A DNA stretch of 64,000 bases from Squalus acanthias (Eukaryota), in NCBI GenBank assembly GCA_030390025.1, contig CM059425.1:172424001-172488000 (forward strand). Direction: 5' to 3'. Below are positions 24,091-36,116 of this stretch, piece after piece. Within the stretch, counting starts at the first letter, position 1. Each line of letters starts with the position of its first letter. Below the pieces are notes generated by a model. The model saw only the letters and a program-made list of their open reading frames with translations. It was not told where the DNA came from and made no database searches. The translations under genes and the position numbers were made by a program.

Positions 24091-27000
24091 TGACCTCCCC
24101 TGTGGCCAGAGAGGTTCTGAAAATTTGTGTCAGAGCCCCTGCAATCTCCTCCCTTGCCTCACACAGCAGCCTGGGATACATCTCGCCAGGGCCTGGGGAT
24201 TTATCCACTTTTAAGCCCACTAAAACCGCTAGTACCTCCTCCCTCTCGATACTAATTTGTTCAAGTATATCACAATCCCCCTGCCTGATTTCTACACCTA
24301 CATCGTCCTTCTCCATAGTGAACACAGATGCAAAATATTCATTTAAAACCTCACCTACATCTTCCGGCTCTTCACACAGATTGCCACTTTGGTCCCTAAT
24401 GGGCCCTACTCTTTCTCTGGTTATCCTCTTGCCCTTAATATACTTATAAAACACCTTGGGATTTTCCTTTATTTTGCCCGCCAGTGTTTTTTCATGCCCT
24501 CTCTTCGCTCTCCTAATTTCTTTTTTAAGTACCCCTCTGCACTTTCTATACTCCTCTAGGGCTTCCACTGTTTTTAGTCCTTTGTATCTGCCAAAAGCCT
24601 CCCTTTTTTTCCTAATCCATTCTTGTATATCCCTTGACATCCAGGGTTCCCTGGGTTTGTTGGTCTCACCCTTGACCTTTACGGGAACATGTTGGCGTTG
24701 TACTCTCTCTATTTCCTTTCTGAAAGACTCCCACTGCTCTGATGTGGATTTTCCTACAAGTAGCTGATCCCAGTCCACTTTGGCCAGATCCTGCCTTATC
24801 ATATTAAAATCGGCCTTCCCCCAATTTAGAACCTTTATTTCCGGTCCATCTTTGTCCTTTTCCATGACTACCTTAAATCTCACCGAATTATGGTCACTGT
24901 CACCAAAATGCTCTCCTACTGACACTTCTACCACTTGCCCGGCTACATTCCTTAGAATTAGGTCCAGTACCGCCCCCTCTCTTGTAGGACTTTCTACATG
25001 CTGGCTCAAAAAGCTCTCCTGGATGCACTTTAAGAATTCTGCACCCTCTAAGCCTTTCACACTCTGACTATCCCAGTTAATATTGGGGAAGTTGAAATCC
25101 CCTACTATTATTACCCTATTATTTCTACACTTCTCTGAGATTTGCCTACATATCTGTCCCTCTATCTCCCCCTGACTGTTTGGGGGCCTATAGTACACTC
25201 CCAACAAAGTGCTTGCCCCCTTTTTGTTTTTAAGTTCTACCCATATGGCCTCATTAGAGGAACCTGCTAAGATATCATCCCTCCTTACAGCAGTAATTGA
25301 CTCCTTGATTAATATTGCGACACCCCCTCCTCTTTTACACCCTCCTCTGTCTTGCCTGAAGATTCTATACCCTGGAATAATGAATAATTAAACCTCTCCA
25401 AATGCCGGTTAATTTTTTCTTTGATTATTGTTTCGAAAACTTTCCCACCACTGATGTTAAACTGGCCAGCCTGTAGTTACTGGGATTGTCCTTGCACCCT
25501 TTCTTGAACAATTGTGTCACATTTGCCACTTTACAATCTTCAGGCACCTCCCCTGCATCTAGGGAAGATTGGAAAATTTTGGCAAGCCCTTCTGCTATTT
25601 CCTCCCACAATTCCCTTCGCAACCTGGGATGTAAGCCATCTGGACCAGGCGACTTGTCCACTCTAAGCATACCCAGCCTTTCTAGTACATCCTGTTTATC
25701 AATTTTCACCCCTTCCATTGCTTCCACCTTTTCCACTTCTACCGATATTTTGTCAGCATCCACCTCCTTAGTAAACACCGATACAAAGTACTCATTGAGT
25801 ATTCTAGCCTTGCCCTGCGCCTCTAAGCATATATCACCTTCTTTGTCCCTAATAGGCCCCACCATGCCTCTTACTACCCGCTTACTGTTTACATGCCAGT
25901 AGACGATTTTTGGGTTCCCTTTTATGTTAACCATCATTCTACTCTCATATTCTTTCTTTGCCAATCTTATTTTCATCTTCACATCCCCTCTCAACTTACT
26001 GTATTTGGTCTGGTTCTCCCTTGAAGAATTCACCTGACATGCATCATACACCCTCTTTTTTTGTTTCATCATCTTCTCTATCTCCCTCGTCATCCATGGA
26101 GCCCTTGCTTTGGTTCCCTTACCCTTCCCTCTTGTTGCAATGTACCTAGTCTGTACTTGGAACATCACCTCCTTAAAGATCACCCAGTGTTCTGTTACAG
26201 TTTTTCCTGTCAGTCTCTGGTTCCATTTTACCCTGGCTAGATCCTTTCGCATCCCATTGAAGTTAGCCCTATTCCAGTTTAGAAGTTCCACTCTAGATTG
26301 TTCCTTGCTCCTCTCCATTGCTAATCTAAATCTTATGATATGATGATCACTCGTATCCAAGTGTTCTCCCACAGACACTTGGTCGACCTGGCCCACCTCA
26401 TTCCCCAGCCCCAGATCCAGCAATGCTTCCTTCCTAGTTGGGCCAAGAACATGTTGGTCAAGGAAATTCTCCTGAACACATTTCAGAAATTCCTCCCCCT
26501 CCTTTCCCTTTACCCTAGCATTATCCCAATCGATATTCGGGTAATTAAAGTCCCCCAATATTACCACTCTATAGCTCTTGCACATATCTGCGATTTCCCT
26601 GCAGATTTGCTCCTCTACCTCCCTCTCACTATTTGGAGGCTTGTAGAATACCCCCAATAGCATGATCATACCCTTTTTGCTCCTCAACTCTAACCAAATA
26701 GATTCTGTCCTTGTCCCCTCAAGAACATCCTCCTTTTCCAACACTACAATGTCTTCCTTAATCAGCACTGCCACCCCACCTCCCTTTTTCCTTCCCTATC
26801 TTTTCTGAACACCTTGTACCCTTGAATATTAAATGCCCAGTCCTCACCGTTTTTAAGCCACGTTTCCGTTATTGCCACAACATCATATTGCCACACAGCT
26901 AATTGTGCTTGTACGTTTACGTACATGTATTCTAAACCCATTTTTGAATTTTTTGTAGTCTTTACTCGTCTGCTCCTATCTAATATGGTAATACTACTGT

Positions 27001-27102
27001 CTGTAGTACTATCTTCTCTGGTACTATCCAACACACTCACTCTTTTATACACCTTATTCCTCTTTTCTACTCCCCTATGCTGGTGCCCATCCCCCTGCCA
27101 AG

Positions 27103-28059
27103 CTAGTTTAAACCCTCCCCAACAGCACTAACAAACCTCCCCGCGAGAATATTGGTCCTGGCTCTGTTGAGGTGTAACCCGTCCGGCCTGTACAGGTCCC
27201 ACCTTCCCTAGAAACGGTCCCAATGCCTCAGGAATCTAAATCCCTCCCTCCTACACCATCTCTCCAGCCACACATTCATCTGTTCTATCCTCCTATTCCT
27301 GTACTCACTAGCACGTGGCACCGGGAGTAATCCAGAGATTACTACCTTTGAGGTCCTGCTTTTTAATCTCTCTCCTAGCTCCCTAAACTCTGCCTGCAGG
27401 ACCTCATCCCTCTTTCTGCCTATGTCGTTGGTACCGATATGGACAATGACCTCTGGCTGTTCACCCTCCCGCCTCAGAGTGTCCTGCAGCCACTTAGTGA
27501 CATCCTTGACCCTGGCACCAGAGAGGCAACATACCATCCTGGAGTCACATCTGCGTCCACAGAAACGCCTGTCTGCTCCCCTAAGTATCGAATCCCCTAC
27601 CACAATGCTCTTCCACTCTTTTTCCTCCCCCCCCCCACCCCGTGTAGCTGAGCCACCAGTGGTGCCGTGGACTTGACTCTGGCTGCACTCCCCAGAGGAA
27701 CCATTGCCCTCACCAGTACTCAGAACAGAATACTGGTTGGAGAGTGAGATGCACTCCGGGAACTCCTGTACTACCTGCCTGGTCCTCCTCTTCTGTCTGG
27801 CAGTCACCCATTCCCTCTCTGCCTGCACACTCTTAAGCTGCGGGGTGACCACCTCTCGAAACGTGCTATCCACGTAACTCTCAGCCTCGCGGATGCACCG
27901 CAGTGACTCCAGCCGCCGCTCAAGCTCTGAAACCCGGAGCTCAAGTTGCTGTAGCTGGCGACACTTCCCACACATGTGGTTGTCCAGGCTACGCGAAGCG
28001 TCCAGGACTTCCCACATGGCACAGGATGTGCACTCCATGGGACTGAGCTGCCCTGCCAT
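27103..28059 (-). pseudogene. CR1 ORF1p: Cys/zinc-leucine-zipper N-terminus + SGNH/GDSL esterase; premature TAG at 27208-27210
   Basis: CTSC...CGKC + heptad leucines; VGDSILRG; HIGTND; DGLH downstream of the premature stop. Confidence 0.88.
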
Positions 28060-28223
28060 GCCTCTATTTAATAGACTAAGAACTAACCCAGCAGAAATAA
28101 ACTTAAAACTTAACAAAAAACAATCCCCAGTTACTCACCAATCAGCTCCTTCCCTTGTGCCGATATCACTTTTTTTACTCTGATGTCACTTTTTCAAAAA
28201 CTGCCTCTGTTGAGTTGCTGCCA

Positions 28224-28497
28224 CTCGGGACTGCTCCGCTCTCGCTGTGCTCCCTCCAGGTCCACTCCTTCCGGTCTCAGGCTCCTGCCGCTCGGGACTG
28301 CTCCGCTCTCGCTGTGCTCCCTCCAGGTCCACTCCTTCCGGTCTCAGGCTCCTGCCGCTCGGGACTGCTCCGCTCTCGCTGTGCTCCCTCCAGGTCCACT
28401 CCTTCCGGTCTCAGGCTCCTGCCGCTCGGGAATGCTCCTTTTAACTGCTCCGCTCTCGCTGTGCTCCCTGCAGGTCCACTCCTTCCGATCTCAGGCC
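28224..28497 (-). repeat. 67-bp tandem monomers (x4) in the CR1 'A' 5'UTR
   Basis: Units start at 28224, 28291, 28358 and 28425. The first three are identical; the fourth has a small insertion. Confidence 0.95.
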
Positions 28498-30217
28498 AAA
28501 TAAACACAGGCTTTTTTTATGCTTACCTAAGTGGCACAGGGAATTAAAATATTGCCCAGCAGAGGGCTTGGGCTGTATTCAGCTTGTGTTGTCAGCCTCT
28601 AATCAATTGTTTTATAACCTCCAATAACTCAAGACGTGTAGAAATTAGCTGCAGCTCATCCAACCACAAAAATCTTGGTTATAATGGTTCCAATATGTAG
28701 ATAGGTATCACTAATGATGTGACTCCATCCATACTTTAATGCACCATAATTGGGTAAATTGGGTAGGGAAGATGGTAGGCAACTCATATCAGCAAATTTA
28801 CATCATGGTTGTAGCTATTTCATCAAAATAAGAGAAAGGCAAGGACAGTCAAAGTTTGAATTGGGATAGATTAATCCTATAACAAGAAAACTAGTCCACT
28901 GTATTTAACACAGAGAATGATCTATACTTGCAATGGACTTATTGGCACATTGGTGGAGCCAAAACCCTGGAATAATATTAAAAAACAATTAGATACACCA
29001 ATAGTGGGAGTGTAAGGTTGTTCTGGATGAATTAATTAAGGTGTGCCAAATGGCCTTTCTTATCCTTATCTTGATAAAACATAAAATGTATGTACTTCAC
29101 CAATTAAAGCCAATATATTCTAACTACCAGGAAGATGGTACATATTCCATCAACTGAAAATGAATTGCTGAGCTTCTGCTCCATATTATTATTCAGAAAC
29201 CATTGCACCCCACACCTCAAAAAGCACAACACCTATAACCAGAACTCAAAATGAGATGGCTTTACCGTTGTCTCCAAATTAATCCCTGTATTCTCTGATC
29301 CCTGTGCCTGTGCTGGTATCTTAGTCCAGCTCTCTATCCTTACACTGTGATGAGGTGCTACCCTAATGAAAGAACCAACTCTGGTGGTAGGCAGTGAGGG
29401 AAGATGAGATCTTATTGGGATGGCCAATGTCAGACACTGTGGCAGCCAGCACGGCCCACTTTCTGAGAACTTCTCAATTATTTAGTGCCTGACTCTAGGG
29501 AGATCTTGAGTGGCCCTTGAGAGGAGATCACCTCATGAAACCCTTCTCTGTTTATGACCTTGGGGCTGGGATATCTCTAATATGAGCGAAACCCACCATC
29601 ACTGCTTGTTCTCGGTGACCCAGTTAGTCAAATCCAGCAGTCACAATCTTTTATAACCGAGGTCTAAATGGCATCATGACAGATCTATGTGCCATGTTTG
29701 GTCCCTCACTGCTTTGAGACTTCACTGCAGTTGTAGGCAGACTAGGCCTGTAAACGAAATACACTGATGTTTGTGAAAGAGTGATGAAAGCAACCCTGTG
29801 TCATGAGTACGCTCTTTGCTGGCTTTGACATCTCCCAGTAATATGCTCGAAGCTTTTCTTGACAATTCTCTTTTGTGACTGATTTGTGAAGAGCTCTGTG
29901 CTTGTAGCTCCTGCATCAGCCATGATCTGATTGAATGGTGGGACAGGTTCGAGGGGCTGAATGGCCCACTCCTGTTCCTATGTTTCTAAAAGACAATTTG
30001 TGACTCTTTTTCTTCATGTTAAATTACCTCTTCAAATCCCCATCTCTTCCACCATCATCTTCTAACACCGAATGTTGAGTAACTCAAATTTCTTCATTCA
30101 AGATTTGAGACCATCTGTGCAATTGCCTCACCTTTCCTAAACCTCCCACAAAGACTTAGTGGCCACATATTTTGTCTTCTGTAAAGCACCTTGTGGCACT
30201 CTTCTCCATTACACGGG

Positions 30218-30322
30218 CTACATTACAGCAGTGACTACATATAAAATGTACTTCATTGGCTGTGAAGCGCTTTGGGATGTCCTGAGGCTGTGAAAGGCGC
30301 TATAGAAATGCAAGTTCTTTCT
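30218..30322 (+). mobile_element. Deu-SINE (SacSINE1/AmnSINE1-like) 3' tail
   Basis: CTACATTACAGCAGTGACTAC...TACTTCATTGGCTGTGAAGCGCTTTGGGATGTCCTGAGG...GAAAGGCGCTATAGAAATGCAAG. Confidence 0.7.
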
Positions 30323-31097
30323 ATATAAATGCAAATTGTTGTTAGTTTTCTTAATTATGTTCTTTTAAATATGACACAACCAGCATTAAATTATTTTTGT
30401 TTTATACTGATTTAAATAAGATGATTTTGGTTCTTTGAGCAGAAAATGGCATCAATTTTAACAATAGAAAATGTATCATTTGATTTAAAAGAGATTTTAA
30501 TTCTGTTTTGTTTTTTCTACATTAAATAATGTTGTCAGATTTGTATGAGGTTTTGCCAAGATGTATCAGGTAATTCACATAAGGCTGAGGCTGCTTCACA
30601 TTCACAGTGAATTAGTGTATTGGCCTTTTTCCCATTTCTTTAACCACAGTTGTTAGTAGGTGATTTATATTCAACCAGCTGAGTCCTGTAGTTGTGATGT
30701 CATGTTGCATAATGTTATTATAATAATAAACACAATGGGGGAGAAATTCGGTATCGCCCCGTTTGGGGCGCAATTATCGGCCGGGCGCAAAGTTTAGCAC
30801 CTGGCGCAAATTATCGCCTCCGACTGCAAACTTGGCTACTATCGCCCCTGGAGGTGATTGGAGCGCTAAATCAGGCACTACACACCTGTCTTAAGGCGCA
30901 AAGGCCGAGGAGCGAGGCGCTACCTCAGAGCACTGGCGAAGCTCAGGTGATGTCAGTTAGCAATGGAACACAGACACACTGGCGCCGGCCAGTTCTTAAA
31001 GGGGAGGGTCGATCTTGCTCTCCAGCCACATCCTGCTCATTGCAGCCTTGAATCTCGACCTGGACAGACCGCAACCTCAAAGCTGCTGCAAAGAACT

Positions 31098-31334
31098 ATG
31101 GAGAGGGCCAGGGAACGAGCTCAGCGCTTCAGCGACCGGGCCTTGGTGGCTCTGGTTGGCGCAGTGGAGCGCCGAAGATCAATACTGTACCCAGAGAGTG
31201 GCAGGAGGCCATTGCCCCGCGACTATAGAAGAGTGTGGAGGGAGGTGGCTCATCATGTCTCCTCCAGGAGCATGGTGCCCAGGACCCATACACAATGTCG
31301 CAAAAAGTTCAACGACCTCACTCGGGTGGTCAGG
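31098..31334 (+). CDS. Harbinger Myb/SANT-like DNA-binding protein, exon 1
   Basis: MERARERAQRFSDRALVALVGAVERRRSILY...VWREVA..VSS...RTHTQCRKKFNDLTRVVR, then donor gtgagt at 31335. Confidence 0.82.
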
Positions 31335-31476
31335 GTGAGTGGCTGCTTTTCAATACCTCTCCATCCCTCCATCTCAACCTCACTCTATGGCCAGAGGGTG
31401 TAAAAACCCCAATGCCCAACACTCATCCAAGACCTATGGCCATCTCATAAAACACACACGCACATTCCACACCTTG

Positions 31477-31696
31477 CATACATTAAGGGCTATTCAACTA
31501 TGGGAGGCACATCAGGCAAGCACATGGCTGCATACATTAAGGGCTGTTCAACTATGGGAGGCACATCAGGCAAGCACATGGCTGCATACATTAAGGGCTA
31601 TTCAACTATGGGAGGCACATCAGGCAAGCACATGGCTGCATACATTAAGGGCTATTCAACTATGGGAGGCACATCAGGCAAGCACATTGCTGCATA
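31477..31696 (+). repeat. 54-bp minisatellite (x4) in intron 1 of the Harbinger Myb gene
   Basis: Unit CATACATTAAGGGCTATTCAACTATGGGAGGCACATCAGGCAAGCACATGGCTG at 31477, 31531, 31585 and 31639. Confidence 0.95.
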
Positions 31697-31726
31697 TTTA
31701 CTCAGACGCCGTCCTTTTTCTTGCAG

Positions 31727-31889
31727 GCCAAGCTATCTCACAACAGGTGGCAGCAGCAACGGACGGGTGGAGGGCCACCTCAGCTGCAAACCCTCACTGA
31801 TCTGGAGGCGTGCGTCCACAGGATTGTGGCAAGCCGGGTGATCAGTCCCGTGGCCGCTGGAGAGGTCGACCCCCTTCGGGACAGCAATG
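31727..31889 (+). CDS. Harbinger Myb/SANT-like protein, exon 2
   Basis: Acceptor tttttcttgcag|, in-frame AKLSHNRWQQQRTGGGPPQLQTLTDLE..., donor gtaagt at 31890. An exon-3 acceptor (tgctttcag|) is at 32049. Confidence 0.78.
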
Positions 31890-32483
31890 GTAAGTTCATC
31901 AGCTTTCTCTCCTCTCTCATTCCACTTGTCCCTCACAACACCAGCCTTTTACACTTTCAATCCAACTTACTAAATCGCTCCACTCCTTGCTCCCTTACTG
32001 CACCCCCTGTCTTCATGCTAAAGCCACTCTTGTACCTCCCTGCTTTCAGATGGTGAACCACCAGCTGAGGAGACGGGCCCTCAAGCAGCCAGTGGGAGCG
32101 AAGCCATAGGCGAGGAGGACGAGAAGCTGGAGCCTCAGCGCCAACGTCTCCCGAGGGAGCCCATGCCCACACTGGGACCACGTCTTCCCTGGAGGGGAGC
32201 AGGGGGGAAGGGTCTGATGAGGGTGAAGCTCCGGGACCCAGCAGGCTGCAGCAACGCCATGGGGGTAGGGAAGCTCGGGGGCCTTCTCCTCGGAGGGAGA
32301 TCAGGCCAGTGAGTCCTGCCGCACTGGACGCAGAGGAGGAGCGGCTCATCGCGGAAATGAACACCCAGGTGGTGAACATGCACACTCAGCTCATGGGTGC
32401 AATGGGAAGGGTGCCCGAAAGCATCATGTTGTTCTCCATGCCAGAAGCCATCTTCTGAGTAGGGGCCTAGAAGCGGCTTGTTA

Positions 32484-33327
32484 TCAGCCGTTGATGGATG
32501 GCCCTTGCAGTTTCAACATTGTGGGCCTCCCTCCCGCTTTGGTGCTGCTGCTGATCATCCTCCTCCTCTTCCTCCTCTTCCTCCTCTCCTCCTCCTCCTC
32601 CTCCGGTGGTGCACCAATCCCTGGTGGCATTGGCTGGGTCCTGAGGATTGCAAGGTTATGAAGAATGCAGCAAACAACTATGAAGAGGGAGACTTGCTCA
32701 GGAGAGTACTGCAGGGCTCCTCCTGAGTGGTCCAGACAGCGGAACCGTTGCTTGAGCACACCGATCGTCTGCTCAATTATGTTCCTGGTGGCGATATGGC
32801 TCTCATTGTACCGCAGCTTGGCAGGGGTGTTGGGGTTACGGAGCAGTGTAATCAGCCAGGTGCAGAGTGGATAACCCTTGTCCCAGAGGAGCCAACCACT
32901 TGGCTGATGCGGTGCCTGGAAAAAGTCTGGCACACCAGTCTGGCGCAGGATGCAAGCATCGTGGCTGCTGCCAGGATAGCGGGTATTGACGGCGAGTATC
33001 AGCTGTCTGTGGTCACAGACCAACTGGACATTTAAGGACCGCGAACTGGGAGATATTGGCGATGTCCCCAGTAGCTGCTTGAAAGGAGCCGGTGGCATAA
33101 AAATTCAGAGCCACTGTCACCTTCACTGCCACCGACAGAGACGTCCTGGTCCTCAGTTGAGGCTGCAGATCTGGTTGCAGTAGGTGGCAGAGCTCAGTGA
33201 CCACCTCCTTGCTGAAGCGCAGCCTGTGCAAACACTGCTCCTCAGACAAATGAATGTAGGAGAATTGCTCCCGGAATACCCTGGGACGGTAGGTCTCCTG
33301 TGCATTGGCCATCCTCCCTCTGGCCAT
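32484..33327 (-). pseudogene. Harbinger (HARBI1-like) DDE transposase, internally deleted near 33039
   Basis: N-part RLRFSKEVV...ALNFYATGSFQ...ISQFAV is fused out of frame to SLNVQLVCD...YPGSSHD...DKGYP...IIEQTIGVLKQRFRCL...CCILHN. The GxID(C)TH segment is missing. Confidence 0.92.
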
Positions 33328-34109
33328 GTTTGCCACTCTCTGTCTGCATCTCTGATGCCTCCAATTCTGCAGGCACAGGACGACGCCCCGAATCAGTGCA
33401 GCCCCCAAAGTCTCTTGACAATTGAAGCAATGAAGGTCAAATCCAAAAGAACCTGCAAAGTGCTGCTCAGTAGCCAAAACTATTTCACACAGTGTTGAAT
33501 CTCTAAGTCTCTCTCTCTCTCTCTCAGAATGCGTGGTGTCAAAATGTCTCCGACAAAAAAAGGCAGGAAGAGGCCGCCTTTAAATAGCGCTCCCCAGCCC
33601 CTTCCTGACTGGAAAACGTTCCCCTCTCCCCGTTGTTGCTAGCGGCAGGCGAAAAGGAAGGTGGCGCCACTCAATATCCGGTCTGGGGCGCTGCCAGGGC
33701 ATTGCACGCTCGACTGACGTCATGATCTGCGGGCGCAGGAGATCGTGGTGGTAGAGTTTAGCGCCGCTGCAAAAACTCTGGTTAATTTTGAAAGCGGCGC
33801 AAACATCACCGCGCCCGGGCGCTAGTTGCTTTGTGCCCCGTTAGCACCCTCTTGGGGCGCAAACGGGAGGCGCTAATCAACCAAATTTCCCCCCAATGTG
33901 TGTGTTATGGGAAAAGGTGAACACCATTCTCCAAATAAATCATTGTTTGTAATACAGTCCAGCTACCTTTTCCGGTTTTAATGTTCTTTGAAGTGTGCAT
34001 TCCTAATGTAGACAACATTATGGAAAATCAATTATGACTCCTTATGAGAGACACCCCTATCTAGTTTCTATCGTGCTCATAAACTGCACTGATCAAAATC
34101 TCAATCAGC

Positions 34110-35105
34110 ATCCCTGTGACAGTCATCTGTCTCTCCGTTCCCTGTTCCTTGACCTCTCTGCTGACCTTTGACACTTTTGCTCACTCCATCATCCTTCAGT
34201 GTACCTTCACCTCTATGGCACTCTTCTCTCCTGACTCCACTCATGCTCATTGCAACATGGGCATTATATTGCTCCATAATGACTTCTCCTCTGTGCAGTT
34301 TAACCCAAGAATCACATGTATGCTGACACCCAGCTGTGAATACTTCCAGCTCTACCTCTCTGCCTCCATCGATCCTCAGGCTGTTGCTCTACTCCCCAAT
34401 TGCCTGTCGACATCAAAACCTGGATGAGCCAATATTTCATCTGCATAATGTTGGTAATACCGAAGCCATCCTTTTTGACCTGCTAACAACCACGTGTCTC
34501 CATAGTCTCCCTAACTGCAAGCTCAGGCTGAGACGGGAGCTTTTTAACCTCAGGATACTGTTCAGCCCCAAGCTCAGTTTTCTCTCCCAACTTCTTTCTT
34601 CTACTTCTGCTCCGCTGATTCTGGAATCTTAGTCCACACCTTCATCATTTCAAGGCTTTAATATTCTCCTAGTGGCCTTCCTGTGCAAAGTCCTTCGCTT
34701 CCATCACCCTCATTCTCTCCAAGCACCACTGCTCCTCGCGCTCCAGTGAATGGATTTAAAAATTCTCATATTCACTTTCAAATTCCTATATTAGTGATTT
34801 CTTCCAGTTTTACGTCCATGCACGCACCCTCTGTTCCTCTAACACCAAGGGTTTTGTTCCCTGCACCCTCCACTACACCACTGATGGTCATTCTTTTAGC
34901 CACTATGTTCCCACCCTTTGGTGCTCCTCTCCAATTTGTCACCTCGTTACCTGCTTTCATAATTTCCTCAAAACCTTACTCTTGGACTGTGCACACTAGC
35001 CCTTCCTGCTTTTCCTTTTTCCACTGATAATCAGTTTGCCTTCTTTAATATAAAATGCTTTCACAGAAGCATGTGAGGAGCACTATAGATATTGCGTTGT
35101 TGTTG
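34110..35105 (+). mobile_element. Degenerate L2 LINE fragment
   Basis: Pyrimidine-rich L2-like RT remnants (CTTGACCTCTCTGCTG.CCTTTGACAC) and a (GTT)n tail. Confidence 0.6.
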
Positions 35106-35854
35106 TACAGAATCTTCCAAGTGCAGTAGAATGAGCAGGCTTGATAGTCAAATGAGTCCCGAAATGTCTGTTGTTCCGGTGGACTCAGCCATACCTCTGG
35201 CAGGAGTCCAACAGAATGGTTGCAAATTGTTGCCAGGAACCGGAAACAACCAAGCCTGATACTGGAGCTTTCGGTGGACTTGTTTCAGGGCGGAGCCTCT
35301 GCTTGTCTCAAACAAATCTACTGACATAGAGGGGGCAGGGTTGAGGGTGGTGACTTCCAATGCTCAGAATTCTTCTTCCTGGGCCTCAAAGGCATCCTTG
35401 TTTGAAAGCCAGCATGCCAAGTGAACTGATGTGTACTGGCTCCCTGATGGGCAGACGTGCACCTGCTCCATGGAGGATCCAGGCCATGTCAGCATTTGGA
35501 CCTCCAAAAATTGGAGGCATAATTTCTTCAAAAAAAAGTGTTAAATGTGGCCCAGGATTCACCATTTTCCAACGGGGTGGGGGGGGGGGGGGGGGAGGGG
35601 AGAACTGGTAGTGCTGGCACCCCTCCCACCACCAGGCCAGCTTTGAAACTTGTTTCTGGGAGCGTTGGAGGGGGTGGGGTGGTGTACTGCAGAACTGGCA
35701 CCAAAGGCCTTCTCCTGGTTGGTCCTGCTCCTGTAGACTTTGGTGGGGTCAATTGTGGAGTTCCATGGTGATTGTGATCACAGCATAACTGTTGGGATTT
35801 CTGGAGCTATTGAGTCTTCTTGTTTCATGCTTTCTTATATTCTTACAACAGCAT

Positions 35855-36116
35855 CCCTGATGAAAGAGGGCTTGGCGGCCGTACCTTCAGCCGTCTCGGC
35901 CCCAATTCCCTCCCTAAACCTCTATGCCGCTCCTCCTCTCTCTCTACCTTCAAGGCCAACCTTAAAACCTGCCTCTTTAATCAAGCTTTTAGTCATCCCT
36001 CCTAATATCGTCTTTTGGCTTGGTGTCATTCTTTGACTGATAACGCTTCTGTAAAGTGCCGTGGCATGTTTTCCTACATTAAAAGGTGCTATATAAATGC
36101 AAGTTGTTGTTGTTGT
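35855..36116 (+). mobile_element. L2 LINE 3' fragment
   Basis: Ends AAAGGTGCTATATAAATGCAA(GTT)n; reverse-complement similarity to 60450-60700. Confidence 0.75.

Larger units (their letters stand above)
22179..25384 (-). mobile_element. CR1 LINE 'B' nested in CR1 'A'
   Basis: Has its own EN-RT ORFs (24023-25207, 23150-23563, 22452-22997) and tail. Flanked by TAATTA at 22173-22178 and 25385-25390 (candidate TSD). Confidence 0.88.
21181..28497 (-). mobile_element. Full-length CR1 LINE 'A' (5'UTR, ORF1, ORF2, tail), split by a nested insertion at 22179-25384
   Basis: ORF2 ends ...SLTSVVGK near 25430 and resumes LIKESKHGF near 22175. ORF1 at 27103-28059; tail near 21181; internal deletion near 21955. 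Confidence 0.88.
30737..33894. mobile_element. PIF/Harbinger DNA transposon with two convergent genes and internal deletions
   Basis: TIRs GGGGGAGAAATTCGGT and ACCAAATTTCCCCCC; AAT on both flanks (3-bp TSD). Myb/SANT gene on +, DDE transposase on -. Confidence 0.93.

Noticed and set aside
28155..28547. Overlapping repetitive ORFs or a CRISPR-like array
   Set aside because: Head-to-tail 67-bp repeats without spacers in a eukaryotic LINE 5'UTR.
31339..31841. Repeat-protein ORFs (HTLRAIQLWEAHQASTWL)n / (MGGTSGKH...)n
   Set aside because: Translations of an intronic 54-bp minisatellite.
32484..33327. Host HARBI1 gene
   Set aside because: Lies between TIRs with a TSD, is frameshifted and lacks a catalytic segment, so it is a transposon copy.
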